A stretch of 63,489 bases of DNA, the filler included, from Dirinaria sp. TL-2023a (taxonomy: Eukaryota), in assembly GCA_051941275.1 (NCBI GenBank). It is 3 parts of 3 records of this genome, joined end to end, with 100 filler letters (N's around TTAATTAATTAA, not from the genome) between each part and the next. Parts side by side here need not be neighbours in the genome. Positions count along the whole stretch, not along the records: positions 1 to 21,128 come from JAVEBF010000267.1; positions 21,229 to 42,349 come from JAVEBF010000268.1; 1 more part is not named here. One strand, given 5' to 3'. Positions 9,797-21,496 of the stretch are shown here, one piece after another (the first letter of the stretch is position 1; the number at the start of each line of letters is the position of its first letter). Under the pieces are notes generated by a model. That model was not told the DNA's origin and did no database searches. It was given only the letters and a program-made list of their open reading frames with translations. Position numbers and translations under genes: made by a program.

Positions 9797-12730
9797 TCAA
9801 GCAAGCGCTTCCTGCTTTGGGATTTCATCAAGCAGCTCTTTCAGAGGCGATTCCTCCATCTCCGCCTGCATCTGTACCCCGGAGTTCTGTAACAAGCTTT
9901 TGGCCTTATCAACCAACAACTCCCATGCTCCTTTGTCCTTCGCCAGCACACGCTCCAAATAAACGAGAGCTAAGATAGTAGCCCAGACAGTTGTCTTGCG
10001 TAATGGTTCTGCCGACGATTCATCAGCCTGCATCGCACCTGCTGCTGTACTCTTGGCAACACCGCATACGTCCAGCAGCGCATGATCGAGTTCCCAGGAA
10101 CCCTGGTAGCGCTGCAGCGATATGATTCGGTCAAGTACATTATTTGCTGGTGTTTTTTGAGGCGTCGGAGATTCCTCTGACATTGACGCAAAACCCATAG
10201 CATCACCTGAAGCTGATTCGAGCTTGTGGGGCTCAAAGCAAAAGAATTGGGTGCAGCGTTGAGTTGCACCGGGTACGGCGGGTAGCTTATCCGTAATTTC
10301 ATCGTCAAAGCTTGCACTGCGGCTTCGTTTTGAGCGTGGCTGGAACGTCGCCTCGGATATCGCCAGTGGTGCTTGTCCGCCTCTCGTCTCTTTTTGCGGA
10401 CCACGATTGGATCGTGCGGGAGCGGAAACCATCGCCGGGGATCTCATACGCTGAGATAAGCGTGGGTGCGGAAGTCCGCCTGGGTAGGGAAGTCCGCCAG
10501 CGTAGGGAAATCCGCCAGCGTAGGGAAGTCCGCCGGTGTAGGGAAGTCCGCCTGGGTGCGGAAAGGAAGACTCCACGGCTGGTGCATAGCTGTTTCCGGG
10601 CTGCACCGAGGCTTCGTTTCCCTCGATAGCAACAAAAGAACACCATCTCCCACCTACTTGATATTTGATGCCCAGCCGCACTGCCTCTCGTTTGACCATG
10701 CTATCATACACGGACTGCTTGAGTCCCTTTACCCTCGATATGAAGTCAGGTTGTTCACTCAGAGACTGTTTCTCTGGATCAATCTTGTACTTTTCGCGGA
10801 GCAAGATCCCATTCTTGTCTCTTGCCTGGAACAACCAGCCTCGCCCGTCTTCCAATTCCTGAACAGCTTTCCGTGCAGCGAGCTGATGGATGGTCTCACC
10901 AGGCTCTGCAAGTATTTCAACGGGTATGGAGACTTCAAGTCGTCCTTGGGAAGAAGTGGCTTTAAAGATCACTGAGGTAGGCTTCCTTTGCGGAGCGCTT
11001 GGCGACATCAAAAGGTAAATGGTCGTTCCATTCGAAGGGTACAGCGGCGGTACGTCTTGGGGGGTTTGGTGGAGTTTGGGTACTTGGAGCGCCGGCAATG
11101 CCATACTTGCTTGGTCGCCATCTTTGGATATTAATGTTTCCTTCTCCCAAGCCTTAGACTCCTTCGTCGTGCGCTCGCTACTGTTTTCGATGTCCATTTC
11201 CGTCGTTGCATCCTCAAGCTCGAAATCATCTAGCGCTATCGCGCGAAGGCTATCGGATACTCGTTCAACAACGACGAAATCATCGTCGTCTTCCGCTTCA
11301 CGTTCATACCGAACTTCGAGTGAGCAATCTATCAGATTCTCCATGAGAGCGGCTTTCAACATGCGAACGACTTTCGCATCAATCTTTTCATGCTCCCCAA
11401 CAAAAGATGCAAATCCTTTCCCGGCTTTTGCAACCCCTTCAATCAGACCGGAAGAGACCGCATTACCTATGCCAAGTGGAAAGACGCGAATAGCCTTCTG
11501 ACTGTGATGTATTTGTGTACTCAGATACGAGAAGAGCTCCTGTTGAGGCCAGATATCTCCATCTGTACAAAGTATGAGGGCCAGGTCTTTTTGTACGTCA
11601 CGGGCTTCGATTGATGCTTTGATCGCTGCAAGCGTTTCAGTCCCGCCGTAATTTGCTTCAAATGTCTCCACGTGCTTGGTAGCCTCATCGAGCGACTTCT
11701 CGTCATACGCTCGACTCCCCTTCCAAAGCAAAGTGTGGCCGCTTCCGAAAGAATATATATTGAACTGAGTACCGACTGGAAGGGAACGAAGGAATATCTT
11801 GAGTGCGGTGATGAGAGTGGGTATATTGCTGATCATACTACCGCTGCGGTCAGCGACGATGATTATCTCTGGCTTTGCCGGTGGCAGGTCGAAAGAGGGG
11901 ACAAGCGTTGCCATTAGAGCCCGGCATTGTGGATTTTTTGGATGGCTTTCTAGCACAGCTTTTGGTGTGCTGGCTGCTCGATTGACTATCTCTAAAACGA
12001 AGTCTCGGTCTAATTCCGCACTCCCTTGCGATAAAGATACGGAAGCTTGCCAGTTTTTGAGTTCGCTGCCCGGAATAGGTTTGGAAGTCTTTCCTAGAGT
12101 TACTGAAATTGGGTGGCTTGGGGACCGAATCTCTTGGACGAAGGATCCTTCCACCATGTCCACGTCAACCGTGATAGAAACACCATCTCCTTCCGCCTTC
12201 ACCGGGTGTTGTACAGCTTGGAGAGAGGTGCGGTATTCTTGGACTGGTTCAAGAATACCATATCGTGGAGCGATATGGGTCGGAATCATGAATCGGATAC
12301 TCTCAGCAGCGACATCGTGTTTGAGCTCTCCGATATAGGTGATCTCAACACGTATGCAAGTATCATGGGGTATGTTACCAAGAGTAGTAGAGAAGACATC
12401 GGACGTCGGACCTTGCTCCAACAAACCAGCTGTTTCGCCTTTCACCTGGGCGTCTTTGTAGAGGTTTTGGGCTTCAGTTTTCTCTCTGACGATACCACGG
12501 ATGAGACGCGATGCGATCCTGCAGTTGAAGCCGACCACGCTGACACCATCATAGAGCGGAAACTCATACCTACATTCTTTAATAGTTGACCCAGAGTCAT
12601 TAAAGAAGTCCTGCTCTAGGATGGTCCTGGACGTCGTACCGAGGATAGTCGTGTGTGATGTGAGCTTGCATTGAGGAAGATACTTCTGCACATTCCATGC
12701 GACATATGAGCATCCATAAAGATATCGCAT
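9797..12730 (-). CDS. VIT + von Willebrand factor A domain protein (VWA5A/PARP4-like)
   Basis: N-terminal VIT (LEQDFFN..YEFPLYDGVSVVGF..TAGLLEQ..FSTTLGNIP), vWA MIDAS DRSGSM and TDG, C-terminal LQRYQGSW..VWATILAL..WEL. Intronless, 977 aa. Confidence 0.9.
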   Translation of the reverse strand: MRYLYGCSYVAWNVQKYLPQCKLTSHTTILGTTSRTILEQDFFNDSGSTIKECRYEFPLYDGVSVVGFNCRIASRLIRGIVREKTEAQNLYKDAQVKGETAGLLEQGPTSDVFSTTLGNIPHDTCIRVEITYIGELKHDVAAESIRFMIPTHIAPRYGILEPVQEYRTSLQAVQHPVKAEGDGVSITVDVDMVEGSFVQEIRSPSHPISVTLGKTSKPIPGSELKNWQASVSLSQGSAELDRDFVLEIVNRAASTPKAVLESHPKNPQCRALMATLVPSFDLPPAKPEIIIVADRSGSMISNIPTLITALKIFLRSLPVGTQFNIYSFGSGHTLLWKGSRAYDEKSLDEATKHVETFEANYGGTETLAAIKASIEARDVQKDLALILCTDGDIWPQQELFSYLSTQIHHSQKAIRVFPLGIGNAVSSGLIEGVAKAGKGFASFVGEHEKIDAKVVRMLKAALMENLIDCSLEVRYEREAEDDDDFVVVERVSDSLRAIALDDFELEDATTEMDIENSSERTTKESKAWEKETLISKDGDQASMALPALQVPKLHQTPQDVPPLYPSNGTTIYLLMSPSAPQRKPTSVIFKATSSQGRLEVSIPVEILAEPGETIHQLAARKAVQELEDGRGWLFQARDKNGILLREKYKIDPEKQSLSEQPDFISRVKGLKQSVYDSMVKREAVRLGIKYQVGGRWCSFVAIEGNEASVQPGNSYAPAVESSFPHPGGLPYTGGLPYAGGFPYAGGLPYPGGLPHPRLSQRMRSPAMVSAPARSNRGPQKETRGGQAPLAISEATFQPRSKRSRSASFDDEITDKLPAVPGATQRCTQFFCFEPHKLESASGDAMGFASMSEESPTPQKTPANNVLDRIISLQRYQGSWELDHALLDVCGVAKSTAAGAMQADESSAEPLRKTTVWATILALVYLERVLAKDKGAWELLVDKAKSLLQNSGVQMQAEMEESPLKELLDEIPKQEALA
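10466..10562 (-). repeat. 18-bp coding minisatellite, 5 x GG(L/F)P(Y/H)x, inside the vWA gene
   Basis: gggaagtccgcc..gta repeats with period 18; peptide HPGGLPYTGGLPYAGGFPYAGGLPYPGGLPHP. Confidence 0.9.
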
Positions 12731-13289
12731 GTTGATTGATTTGGCTGTAAACGCTCAAACTTATTTGCTGCCCCGAAGAGCCAAGCTTGTAAATGTGAAG
12801 TCCAGGTTAACCCGAATATCAGCTGTATTTAGAGGGTTTGTGATGCCAGAATTTACTTGGCCGCAAAATGTGTTGGGGATTTTCTATGTCAACACAACTG
12901 TGAATTCCAAGATCATACTCAATGTTGAAGAGCCAAGGTTCCAAAGCTGACTGAAGCTTCCCGCCTTGCTTGACAGTATGGGGCATCGAAGCCGGCTGTG
13001 AGTATCTAAGAGAGCAACACCCAGCTCCTCCTAGCGGTACGATAGACATTTCAACACGAGTCGTTCCAATTGTACATTATTTTTTAGACATTCCCCCTCG
13101 CGTCCATTGATTGCTATCTAGTAGATACTGTAGAGTACGAGAGTACATTACCTTTGATTCCCACGATTCCGTATGAGGTCGAAGGGGGTTACCAGAAAAG
13201 CCTTGGCATCAAAGCTTGGCTTTTTTTTTTTAACTGGTTCCAGTTGCTGGTTTTGTGATATGCCCGCAGAGTCCTCGAGCACTTGCGGG

Positions 13290-13296
13290 TGACTCA
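13290..13296 (+). promoter_or_regulatory. Gcn4/CpcA (cross-pathway control) element TGACTCA
   Basis: Exact consensus overlapping the first ATG of the ArgRS gene; aminoacyl-tRNA synthetase genes are known Gcn4/Cpc-1 targets. Confidence 0.5.
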
Positions 13297-15406
13297 TGTT
13301 GAGGTTCCGTAAGTATGCACTCGTCGTGAAGCAACGCTATGCTGGATTTGGAGTACATCGAAGTTCCACATGCTTGAAAGCCTCATCACACTCGACATCA
13401 ATGGCCTCAGCTGAGATTAGCACTGAGCGTGGCTCTTCAGACATTAACAACCCAGTGGACTTATACCGACATGAAATTGCCAAGGGACTGGCACCAGTCA
13501 CTGGGAAGTCTGAGAATGAAATCTACGATCGACTCGCTTGGACTCAGACGTTGGACAAGGGGGATTTAGGGCTCGCAGCTCCTTCGCTCAGAATACCCGG
13601 CAAGAAGCCGGCAGAGCAAGCAGCAGAATGGAGCGAGCAGTATCCTGAATCCGAGCTAGTCGGCAAACCTACTGCGTCTGGTCCTTTTCTACAATTCTTC
13701 TTCAAGCCTGCCGCACTCACGAAATTGGTGGTACCATCAATATTAAAGAAACGCGCAGCATATGGCACCAATGCCAAGCTAGGATTGCGAGATGAGGCTG
13801 ACCCATCAAAAGGGAGGAAGCGTATCATTGTTGAGTTCTCATCACCAAATATCGCGAAACCCTTTCATGCAGGCCATCTGCGAAGTACCATAATTGGAGG
13901 TTTCTTGGCAAATCTATACGAAGCAGCAGGCTGGGATGTGATTCGTATTAATTATCTCGGTGATTGGGGTCGTCAGTTCGGCCTCCTTGCCAATGCGTTC
14001 AAGCAGTATGGTAGCGAGGAGCTGCTGGAGCGGGATCCTATAGGACACCTGTTCGACATCTACGTCGAGATTAACAAAGTCTCGGGCCCTCAAGAAAGCA
14101 TCATCAAAGAAAGGAAGGAAGAGATCAAGCAAGTAGCCGAAGCTGGGAATGATACGTCAGAGCTCGAAGCGGCACTGGTTAAGCTTGAGGCAAGTAGCGA
14201 GAACGAGAAAGCTCGGCAATATTTCAAGAGATTGGAAGACGGTGACCCAGATGCTCGTGCTGTCTGGAGCCGATTTCGAGACCTTAGCATCACGAAATAC
14301 AAGCAAACGTACGCTCGACTAAATATCCATTACGACTATTACTCTGGCGAGTCACAAGTTGAATTGGAGCGCATGGAACAGGCTGCCAGCCGGTTGAAGG
14401 AATCCGGAGTATCGGAAGACTCGAAAGGCGCTATTATTGTCGACTTGAGTAAACACGGAGCCAAAAAACTCGGCAAAGCTTTGGTGAAAAAAACGGATGG
14501 TTCATCACTTTATTTGACCAGGGATATAGGGGAGGCGACCAAGCGCTATGAACTATATAAGTTCGACAAGATGATCTACGTTGTTGCTTCACAGCAAGAT
14601 CTTCATCTAGCTCAGCTGTTCAAAATCTTAGAGCTCATGGGTCACAGAGAAGTTTCGGACAAATGCCAACATGTTGCCTTCGGGATGGTATTGGGTATGA
14701 GTACCAGGAAAGGAACGGTAAAATTTTTGGACGATATTTTGCGGGACGTAGGAGAAAAGATGCACGAAGTAATGAGGACGAATGCCACCAAGTACGAACA
14801 AGTCGAGAATCCTGAGCAGACGGCCGACATTCTAGGCATCACGGCGGTCATGGTGCAAGATATGACGGGCAAGAGGTGAGTGCAGTCATCGCTTAATCTT
14901 GCAAAGCAATCCGTAACCACATTCCCAGGATCAACAACTATGAGTTCTCGCTTGAGCGTATGACGTCCTTCGAGGGCGACACCGGACCCTATCTGCAGTA
15001 TGCGCATGCCCGACTTTGCTCCATAGGTAGGAAGGCAGGCCTTCCCCGGGAGGATATCGAATCTGCAGATCTGTCTCTACTTACGGAGTCGCACGCTGTT
15101 AACTTGGTCCGTGCGCTGGCTTCATGGCCGGACGTGGTGCAGAATGCCCTAAAGACTTTGGAGCCTGTGACCGTTCTGTCGTACCTCTTCAGGATGACAC
15201 ATATGCTCAGCTCGAGCTATGACGTCCTGAAAGTCATTGGCAGCGACCCCGAGGTCATGAAGGCCAGGATGGCTTTGTATGAAGCGGCGAGGCAGGTGTT
15301 GAATAATGGCATGAGACTACTTGGATTAAGCCCGGTGGAACGGTCAGATATCCGCTCTTCTCCGGATCGTATGGCTACAGAATCACTAACGAATTCTAGG
15401 ATGTGA
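13296..15406 (+). CDS. Arginyl-tRNA synthetase, probably dual cytosolic/mitochondrial
   Basis: VEFSSPNIAKPFHAGHLRST (HIGH), MSTRKG (KMSKS-equivalent), GDTGPYLQYAHARL anticodon domain. Introns 14876-14928 and ~15343-15399 give C-terminal SPVERM*. Confidence 0.97.
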
Positions 15407-17260
15407 CAATTACTCCTCCCACGAAGCATAGCGTGGCTGTTCTGGGGCTTGTCTGCTAGAAGCATGGATATTAGCAATGCACTGCAAATTCAAAGCAGCA
15501 GAAATCCCATAATTCATGAGACGAATGGTAACAAAGATCGCAAAACTTCGCCGACGAGACAGCTGCTCCCATTTTAGAAGTATGAGAACCATTCATGCTA
15601 TCTTTGTATGGTGTGTACAACTAAATCCTAGCCTAGGAAGTCCAAGAAATGCAGGCACCAATACAACAATATAGCTAGTCGCTGCTTTGATTAGCAGCAA
15701 ATCTGCGTGAGCAATTGTCAATGTCTTTCTCAAGCGACGGTGGTAGACACATCGAAGCAATCCTTATGATCGTGAGTCTCTTTACAAGCTTACCCAATTT
15801 CATGTGATTCAGCATTACTAGCCAACCCAGCGCGACCTATTGAGCCAAGTAACCGCTTATTTTTCGCCATGGGTACGCCAGGATATATTGACCGCTGCAA
15901 GCCATTTCAGCAGCAGAAGAACTCACCGCCTGCACGAGCGAAGTAAATGGAGCTCAAACAATGTTACACCTTCGTGCTGCCTATACTTGCCTTACGTTCT
16001 TATATCGTCGCGGTATCGCCCGCTAAGGACGACAGGGTAAGTGGTCAACCAGCACGATGCCTTTCTGGAGCGAAAGTTTAACGCTCTGCATGCCTTTAAC
16101 CATTTTAGGTAGCGTACATGTCGGTGTTCTGAGCTGTCGCTGCGCCTGCGTCTAATGCTAACCAGTAAGTGAGAGTTCTGCAGACAGCTCCCAAACCGTG
16201 TAGAGGGATCCCGGTGACCGCTCGTTAGCGAATCCTACATGTGCGTCAGCATGCTTTTAGGGTGAGAACGTGCCTTCGAATCAGGATCGTGTGGGGTCGG
16301 CGGTCCCGGGGATAGGTCGTAAAAAGATTCAGGCAGCCACTGCGGATTGGGCATCTTGTTGATCAGATCGTTTTACGGCAAGCAGAATTCCTCCGATTGA
16401 ACCCACGACATGTGCACAAGTCAACCCTCGCGTCCTGTCACCTTACCAGCGCTGACCTGTCTCTGACATTCGGGTCAGAAGGCTGCATGCTCCAATGGCA
16501 GACGTCCAGCGTGGTGGACGCGTTACCCGGCCACTGAAACAATTGAGGACCGCTCCCGAACGATGGAGGATTTGGCATGGAGGCAGCAGCCAGCCAGCAT
16601 CCAACCTGGGCTAGCATAATTGACCCATGCAGAGTCCCACAGCCATCACCGATCGCAGGCTGCAAAGTTTATACTTTGCAAAGGACAACGGCTCGAGCGA
16701 GTCAATAAAGGATGATGTGCAGTCCACGCTTGCATCAGGCTTGGCAAGGAAATTGAAGCATTCGGACGCGGTGATCCATTTCTCCTCCTGGCCTCGGCTG
16801 CCCTTTCATTTTTTTTTTTTTTTCCTCTTGTCTCTTCCATTGGATATGTTTTCACTTTTCATGGCTCGGGTCCAGCATTGTTAATAATTTCTTTGAGGTC
16901 TTTTTTTAATTTTCTCTCATCTCACCTCTACATACCCTTGCGCTATCGGATTCTATGATTGTCTATCACCTGCAGGTTATTTCTCTTCCTCGCCGTTCCC
17001 GCCATCACTGGTCTCCCTCTACCCACCTCAGTTTGTGTATCTTTCTTTTTCGCGAGGTGGAAGTGGGGCAGGTGGTATTGAGTCTAAACCCTTATCGATA
17101 GCCAAGCCGACTAAAAAGTTGTCCAACGGGCCTTCTTACTCTATCTTCTGCCTTATCCTAATTGCTCCCCCAAAAGTCCCGTCATTCCCTGGTTGAAGGC
17201 GCCTCGCAATTGGAGCAGTTCCGCTCCAATCTGTCGCCGCATTGGCCGACTTGCGGCGAC

Positions 17261-19132
17261 ATGTCGAGAAGCCACTCTCGAGGTCAAGCTGCCTACTTCG
17301 AAGAGTATAACGAGGACGCCAACACCACCATACCTGGGACCCGCCAGACAGCCAATGTCGCAAAGAAGCGCCGACAATCGGTGGTAGTAAGATCTCATCT
17401 TGTCGATCAAGTGCGCGATGAGTTTAGCGACTCTGGATACTCCAGTCGTACTGGAGCGACGTTGGGAAGTGGAGACTCGTCATGGCTCTCGAAGCCCGAC
17501 TCCCGCTCACTGAGGATTAACACAAACGTGGCCAGGGATAACAATGGAGGCCGTAGATCGGCAGAACAACCCAGAGTCACGCCTATGAGCCCGCAAAAGC
17601 CTACGTTGACCAGGACGAACTCAAAGGCCACCACCAAGCCAGTGAGACAGCATGAGGGGCCACCACCTACCAAACCTTTACCGCCGAATCCGATTCACAA
17701 CGCTCCGATTCTGCAGCCTACGCAGGCCAATCCTCGTGCACCAACATCACTATACTATCGGACAGCACGTCCCATGAGTTTCCATGCTAACTCAATCCCC
17801 GAAGCTGGTATTTCCTCGTACATGCATCCGGCGTACACAGAGCGACCGCCATCAGCATATTCCAACCCGACCATACATCAAGCTTCTTATTCGATACCCA
17901 TCGTGTCCTATTCTGCATCTGCTCAGCAGCATGTCGTCCCGCCTCCGGGATCATATCCCACACTTTCGTCTCCATACATTCCGCAGCCACGCCCACAGCC
18001 AAAACAATGGTCTTCGGAGCAAGCAAGACCACCCGGTCAGTCCTTAATCTACAGTACGTCTCCTGTTATCGAATCCGCCTCCGAACCAATCGACCCCACG
18101 TCAGCTTCTCCGAGTAAGGTTACATATCGCCCTGCCGTAGCTCAACAAAGACATTTGCCTCAAGCACGAGAAAATAGCTATTCGAGAGACGAAGATTACT
18201 ACAGGATGCCACCTCCTCCGGTTCCTAAGAAGGACACTTCCGCTCCGCTAAAACAACGACCAACAATACGTCACGCTGCAACTACCTCTATAGCTCGTCC
18301 ATCCACACATCAGTATCGCAATGAACCAAACAAAAGCAGAGCAATAGATTCGACTAATCTTCAAAATCCGCGGAAAGAGACTAATATTTCTTATGAGACG
18401 CGTAGACGCCCGAGCCTGCATTCGAGACCCTCTACTACTTCAAACAACAACGCAGCTTCCAGTGCACATACCCTTGAAGAAGGCATTGCAGGGCTTCGCA
18501 TTGATAACAATGGAACTTCAGCTAAACAAAGGAGGAGGATGTCACTCTATGGCCACGAATCGCACCAAGATCTTGAGCGTTCAATAGAGGCTTATCAAGC
18601 GTCTGCGGGCTCCGACGGCTTACCCATGACGGCAGATTCCCTCGATCTACTTCGGAAGACTAAGAGTAGTAACTCTAGCAGTCGTGTTAGTGGTGGTGGC
18701 AGGAGCAGCCGAGCAGGAAGCTCGGTCAAATCCCGAAGCTCGACCGACCGCCGAGGTGGAAGCGACGTTAAGTCTCGAAACGACAACGACGGCTTGACGA
18801 TGCGATTCAATGCTGCTCATGGGGTTAGCGTTGACTTCAAGGGAGCCAGCATGGAAGGACGAACCATCAGCTTGAGGCAGAGCAAGGACGGCGGAGAGGG
18901 TGAGATGGAATTCAGCATTGGGGCTAAAGCTGGTAGTAATACCGACAACAAGGCGAAGTCAAGGGATAAGAGCCAAAAGAGGCGTTCTTATATGGAGAGC
19001 AGCGGGCGGGAGCTGGAGCCTGCTAGCAATAGCAGCCGATCCCGAACCGCCAAGATCAAAGAAGAGATCAAGGCTCGTGGAAGGAGCGTTGTTGGAAGCA
19101 AGAGTCGCCGTAGTAGTCGGCACGGGCACTGA
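17261..19132 (+). CDS. Hypothetical Ser/Arg/Pro-rich, largely disordered protein
   Basis: Intronless ORF of ~623 aa from ATG 17261, low-complexity with motif-like islands (AYFEEYNED, DSGYSSRT, EDYYRMPPPP, EGRTISLRQS). Confidence 0.75.
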   Translation: MSRSHSRGQAAYFEEYNEDANTTIPGTRQTANVAKKRRQSVVVRSHLVDQVRDEFSDSGYSSRTGATLGSGDSSWLSKPDSRSLRINTNVARDNNGGRRSAEQPRVTPMSPQKPTLTRTNSKATTKPVRQHEGPPPTKPLPPNPIHNAPILQPTQANPRAPTSLYYRTARPMSFHANSIPEAGISSYMHPAYTERPPSAYSNPTIHQASYSIPIVSYSASAQQHVVPPPGSYPTLSSPYIPQPRPQPKQWSSEQARPPGQSLIYSTSPVIESASEPIDPTSASPSKVTYRPAVAQQRHLPQARENSYSRDEDYYRMPPPPVPKKDTSAPLKQRPTIRHAATTSIARPSTHQYRNEPNKSRAIDSTNLQNPRKETNISYETRRRPSLHSRPSTTSNNNAASSAHTLEEGIAGLRIDNNGTSAKQRRRMSLYGHESHQDLERSIEAYQASAGSDGLPMTADSLDLLRKTKSSNSSSRVSGGGRSSRAGSSVKSRSSTDRRGGSDVKSRNDNDGLTMRFNAAHGVSVDFKGASMEGRTISLRQSKDGGEGEMEFSIGAKAGSNTDNKAKSRDKSQKRRSYMESSGRELEPASNSSRSRTAKIKEEIKARGRSVVGSKSRRSSRHGH

Positions 19133-19996
19133 ATATGAACATTGAATCGACAGAGGTGGCAACAACAGTACGAGGGTCCAAAAGAGCCTGGGATGAGGTT
19201 TCGGTTTCGGTTCCGGTTCGCTTCCTGTTTGCACTTAGGGATGGTCATCTGCTGAAAATTCTGACCCAAAACAATTTTCGGTTGGGAGGACTGCTCATCG
19301 CTCTAGCGATTGAGACTGGCTGATGATTCACGATGATACGGCTGTACGAGTCACGAATGATGTAGCGCACTGTTGCAAATGGCGCTTGAGGAAACGCTTC
19401 TCATTCTTAGAAGATATAGGCGATTTTGTTTGAGGTTGGACGGAAGATTGTATGAAATATGATAGTCGAGATCTAAAATAGCTTTTGACAATTATCCCGG
19501 TTGATGGCTGTATTATTGGTGTACACTGACTTATGGTGAGATTGTACGAGTACAAACAGATCAATTCACAATACCGAACCCCGTCCTAGAAAACAGCAAT
19601 TTCACCCAGAGATCTAGCCAACCTTGAATCTGAACATACCTTAGGTGTCCTGCTTACCTTAAAGGTACGGTGGGAAAAGAGTGCAAAAACACCTACCTGA
19701 GGTATCTGTATCGTGTCGATTTGCAGATATCACGTGATGGCGTTGCCTTTCGCAACGAGGGTGTCAACACAAATCGTCATTCCCAGCCACACTTCTCACC
19801 CCAACCACATCCACACACAATGTACTTCATCTCTGCCATTCTACAATTCCTACTCCATCTGTGCTGCAAACAAGAAATAATCTAATACAAGGACGGAAAC
19901 GCAGCCATTGATCTTGATTGAACCCTCAACTCCACCTCGGGCTGCGGCCCTCATACCTATCTTTTCCCCCTCTCCCACTTCCCGACACTGCAAAAA

Positions 19997-21128
19997 ATGG
20001 CACCACTCGCCCCACCTGCAGATCTATCCCTCTCCTCCCTTGAGCTCGACCTCGCAAGCACCCCTCCCTCCATCTCCAAGCGCTCTGCAACCCTCCCGCT
20101 CTCCCCGCTCGCGGACCACTACTTGCTCTCGCGCGACATGGCGGCTCCTCCAACCCGAACCTCAAAACCAGGCGCCGGCACCTTCGACCCGCACTCGATC
20201 AACAACAAGGGCTTCTTCGCGCTGTTCGCGCTGCTGGGCATGGCGATGGTGCTGGCGGCGATCTGGTTCTTCTTCTGGGCCAAGAACGGCGGCTTCGTGT
20301 TCCGCAAGGGGGACTGGGAGGAGTACAAATCGACCGTGCTGCGGCGCAAGGGCCCCAACGGCACGACGCTGAGCGGAGCGACCAAGACCACCGCGCTGGG
20401 CGGGGGCAGCATCGTCGCGGACGCGAGTCGCTATGATGATGACGATTATGGGTATGAAGATGGAGAAGAAGAAGGGACGATCGATTGGGACGAGAAAGCC
20501 GCCGCTGGCCCGAGCAACAACCGTATTCGCGGGGCGACGAAGAAGAATAAGAAAGGCAAAAAGGCCGCCGCAGCAGCTGCTCCGCGCGGCAGCAAGAACA
20601 ACAACGACAGCGACATGCGCGCCTACCGCCACGAGAAACCGGCCAAAGTCGGCGGGCTGAACAAGGAAGCCGATGGCTCCTATCATCACGATTTCGCCAC
20701 CTCCGCCTCGACCACCACCATCACCGACGACCGAAGCGAGAGCACCAACCCCCGCCGTCACCGCACCGCATCCAACAACAACCCCTTCCGCCCTAACACC
20801 ACAACCACCAAAAAGCAACCCCCCACCACTCCCCAACATCACCAAAAGCGTCGCGAGAACTTCTACCAGCACTCCCCCGCCTCCGGGTCAAGCCAGCGGC
20901 CCCTGAGACCTAATGGCGCTGGCTCTGGCTCAGGAGCCTCGACCCCAACTCGTTCTTCGCGCCAAGCGAGCCCCTGCAAGCAGCAGCAGAGCAGGAACAG
21001 TCGGGCGAGCATGCCCGGAAGTTGGACCGATTTCGGTGGCGGTGGTGCTGGAGGAAGTAGGTATAGTGGTGGCGGGGCCAGCGAGGCGGGGTTTACAGAG
21101 GATAGCAGAGGCACGAAGGCTTATTTCC
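19997..21128 (+). CDS. Single-pass membrane protein, fungal hypothetical; 3' end truncated by the contig end
   Basis: Hydrophobic helix FFALFALLGMAMVLAAIWFFFW, then KNGGFVFRKGDWEEYKSTVLRRKGPNG and a disordered tail. Strong GC3 bias; ORF runs into the N linker. Confidence 0.8.
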
Positions 21129-21228
21129 NNNNNNNNNNNNNNNNNNNNNNNNNNNNNNNNNNNNNNNNNNNNTTAATTAATTAANNNNNNNNNNNNNNNN
21201 NNNNNNNNNNNNNNNNNNNNNNNNNNNN
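21129..21228. other. Artificial contig linker (44 N + TTAATTAATTAA + 44 N)
   Basis: Palindromic 12-mer with stops in all six frames, centred in exactly 100 nt; identical copy at 42350. Confidence 0.98.
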
Positions 21229-21237
21229 AAAAAAAAA

Positions 21238-21273
<36 letters not shown>
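21229..21273. repeat. Poly(A) homopolymer at contig start
   Basis: About 45 nt of A with one C. Confidence 0.95.
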
Positions 21274-21275
<2 letters not shown>

Positions 21276-21496
21276 ATTAGTGCATCCACATGTAGAATAC
21301 ATCGCAAAACTTGCAGAACGTGGTCTCATCATATTCTATTTATGCTTTTTGGTCTGCAGCTCGTGATTCAACACCATGCATGCATTACATGCTCGCTCGA
21401 ACGCTAGACTTTTCTATTCAGAATTGCTCCGGGTATGACCAGCCTGCGTATTCTCCAGGCAGTCGATAATTACGTTCCGCACCTCATCAAAATCTA

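Noticed and set aside
20162..20872. 236-aa antisense ORF
   Set aside because: Shadow of the GC-rich gene at 19997.
21173..21184. TTAATTAATTAA palindrome as a biological site (piggyBac TTAA target or regulatory element)
   Set aside because: Centred in N runs and repeated identically at 42394; it is a synthetic six-frame stop linker.
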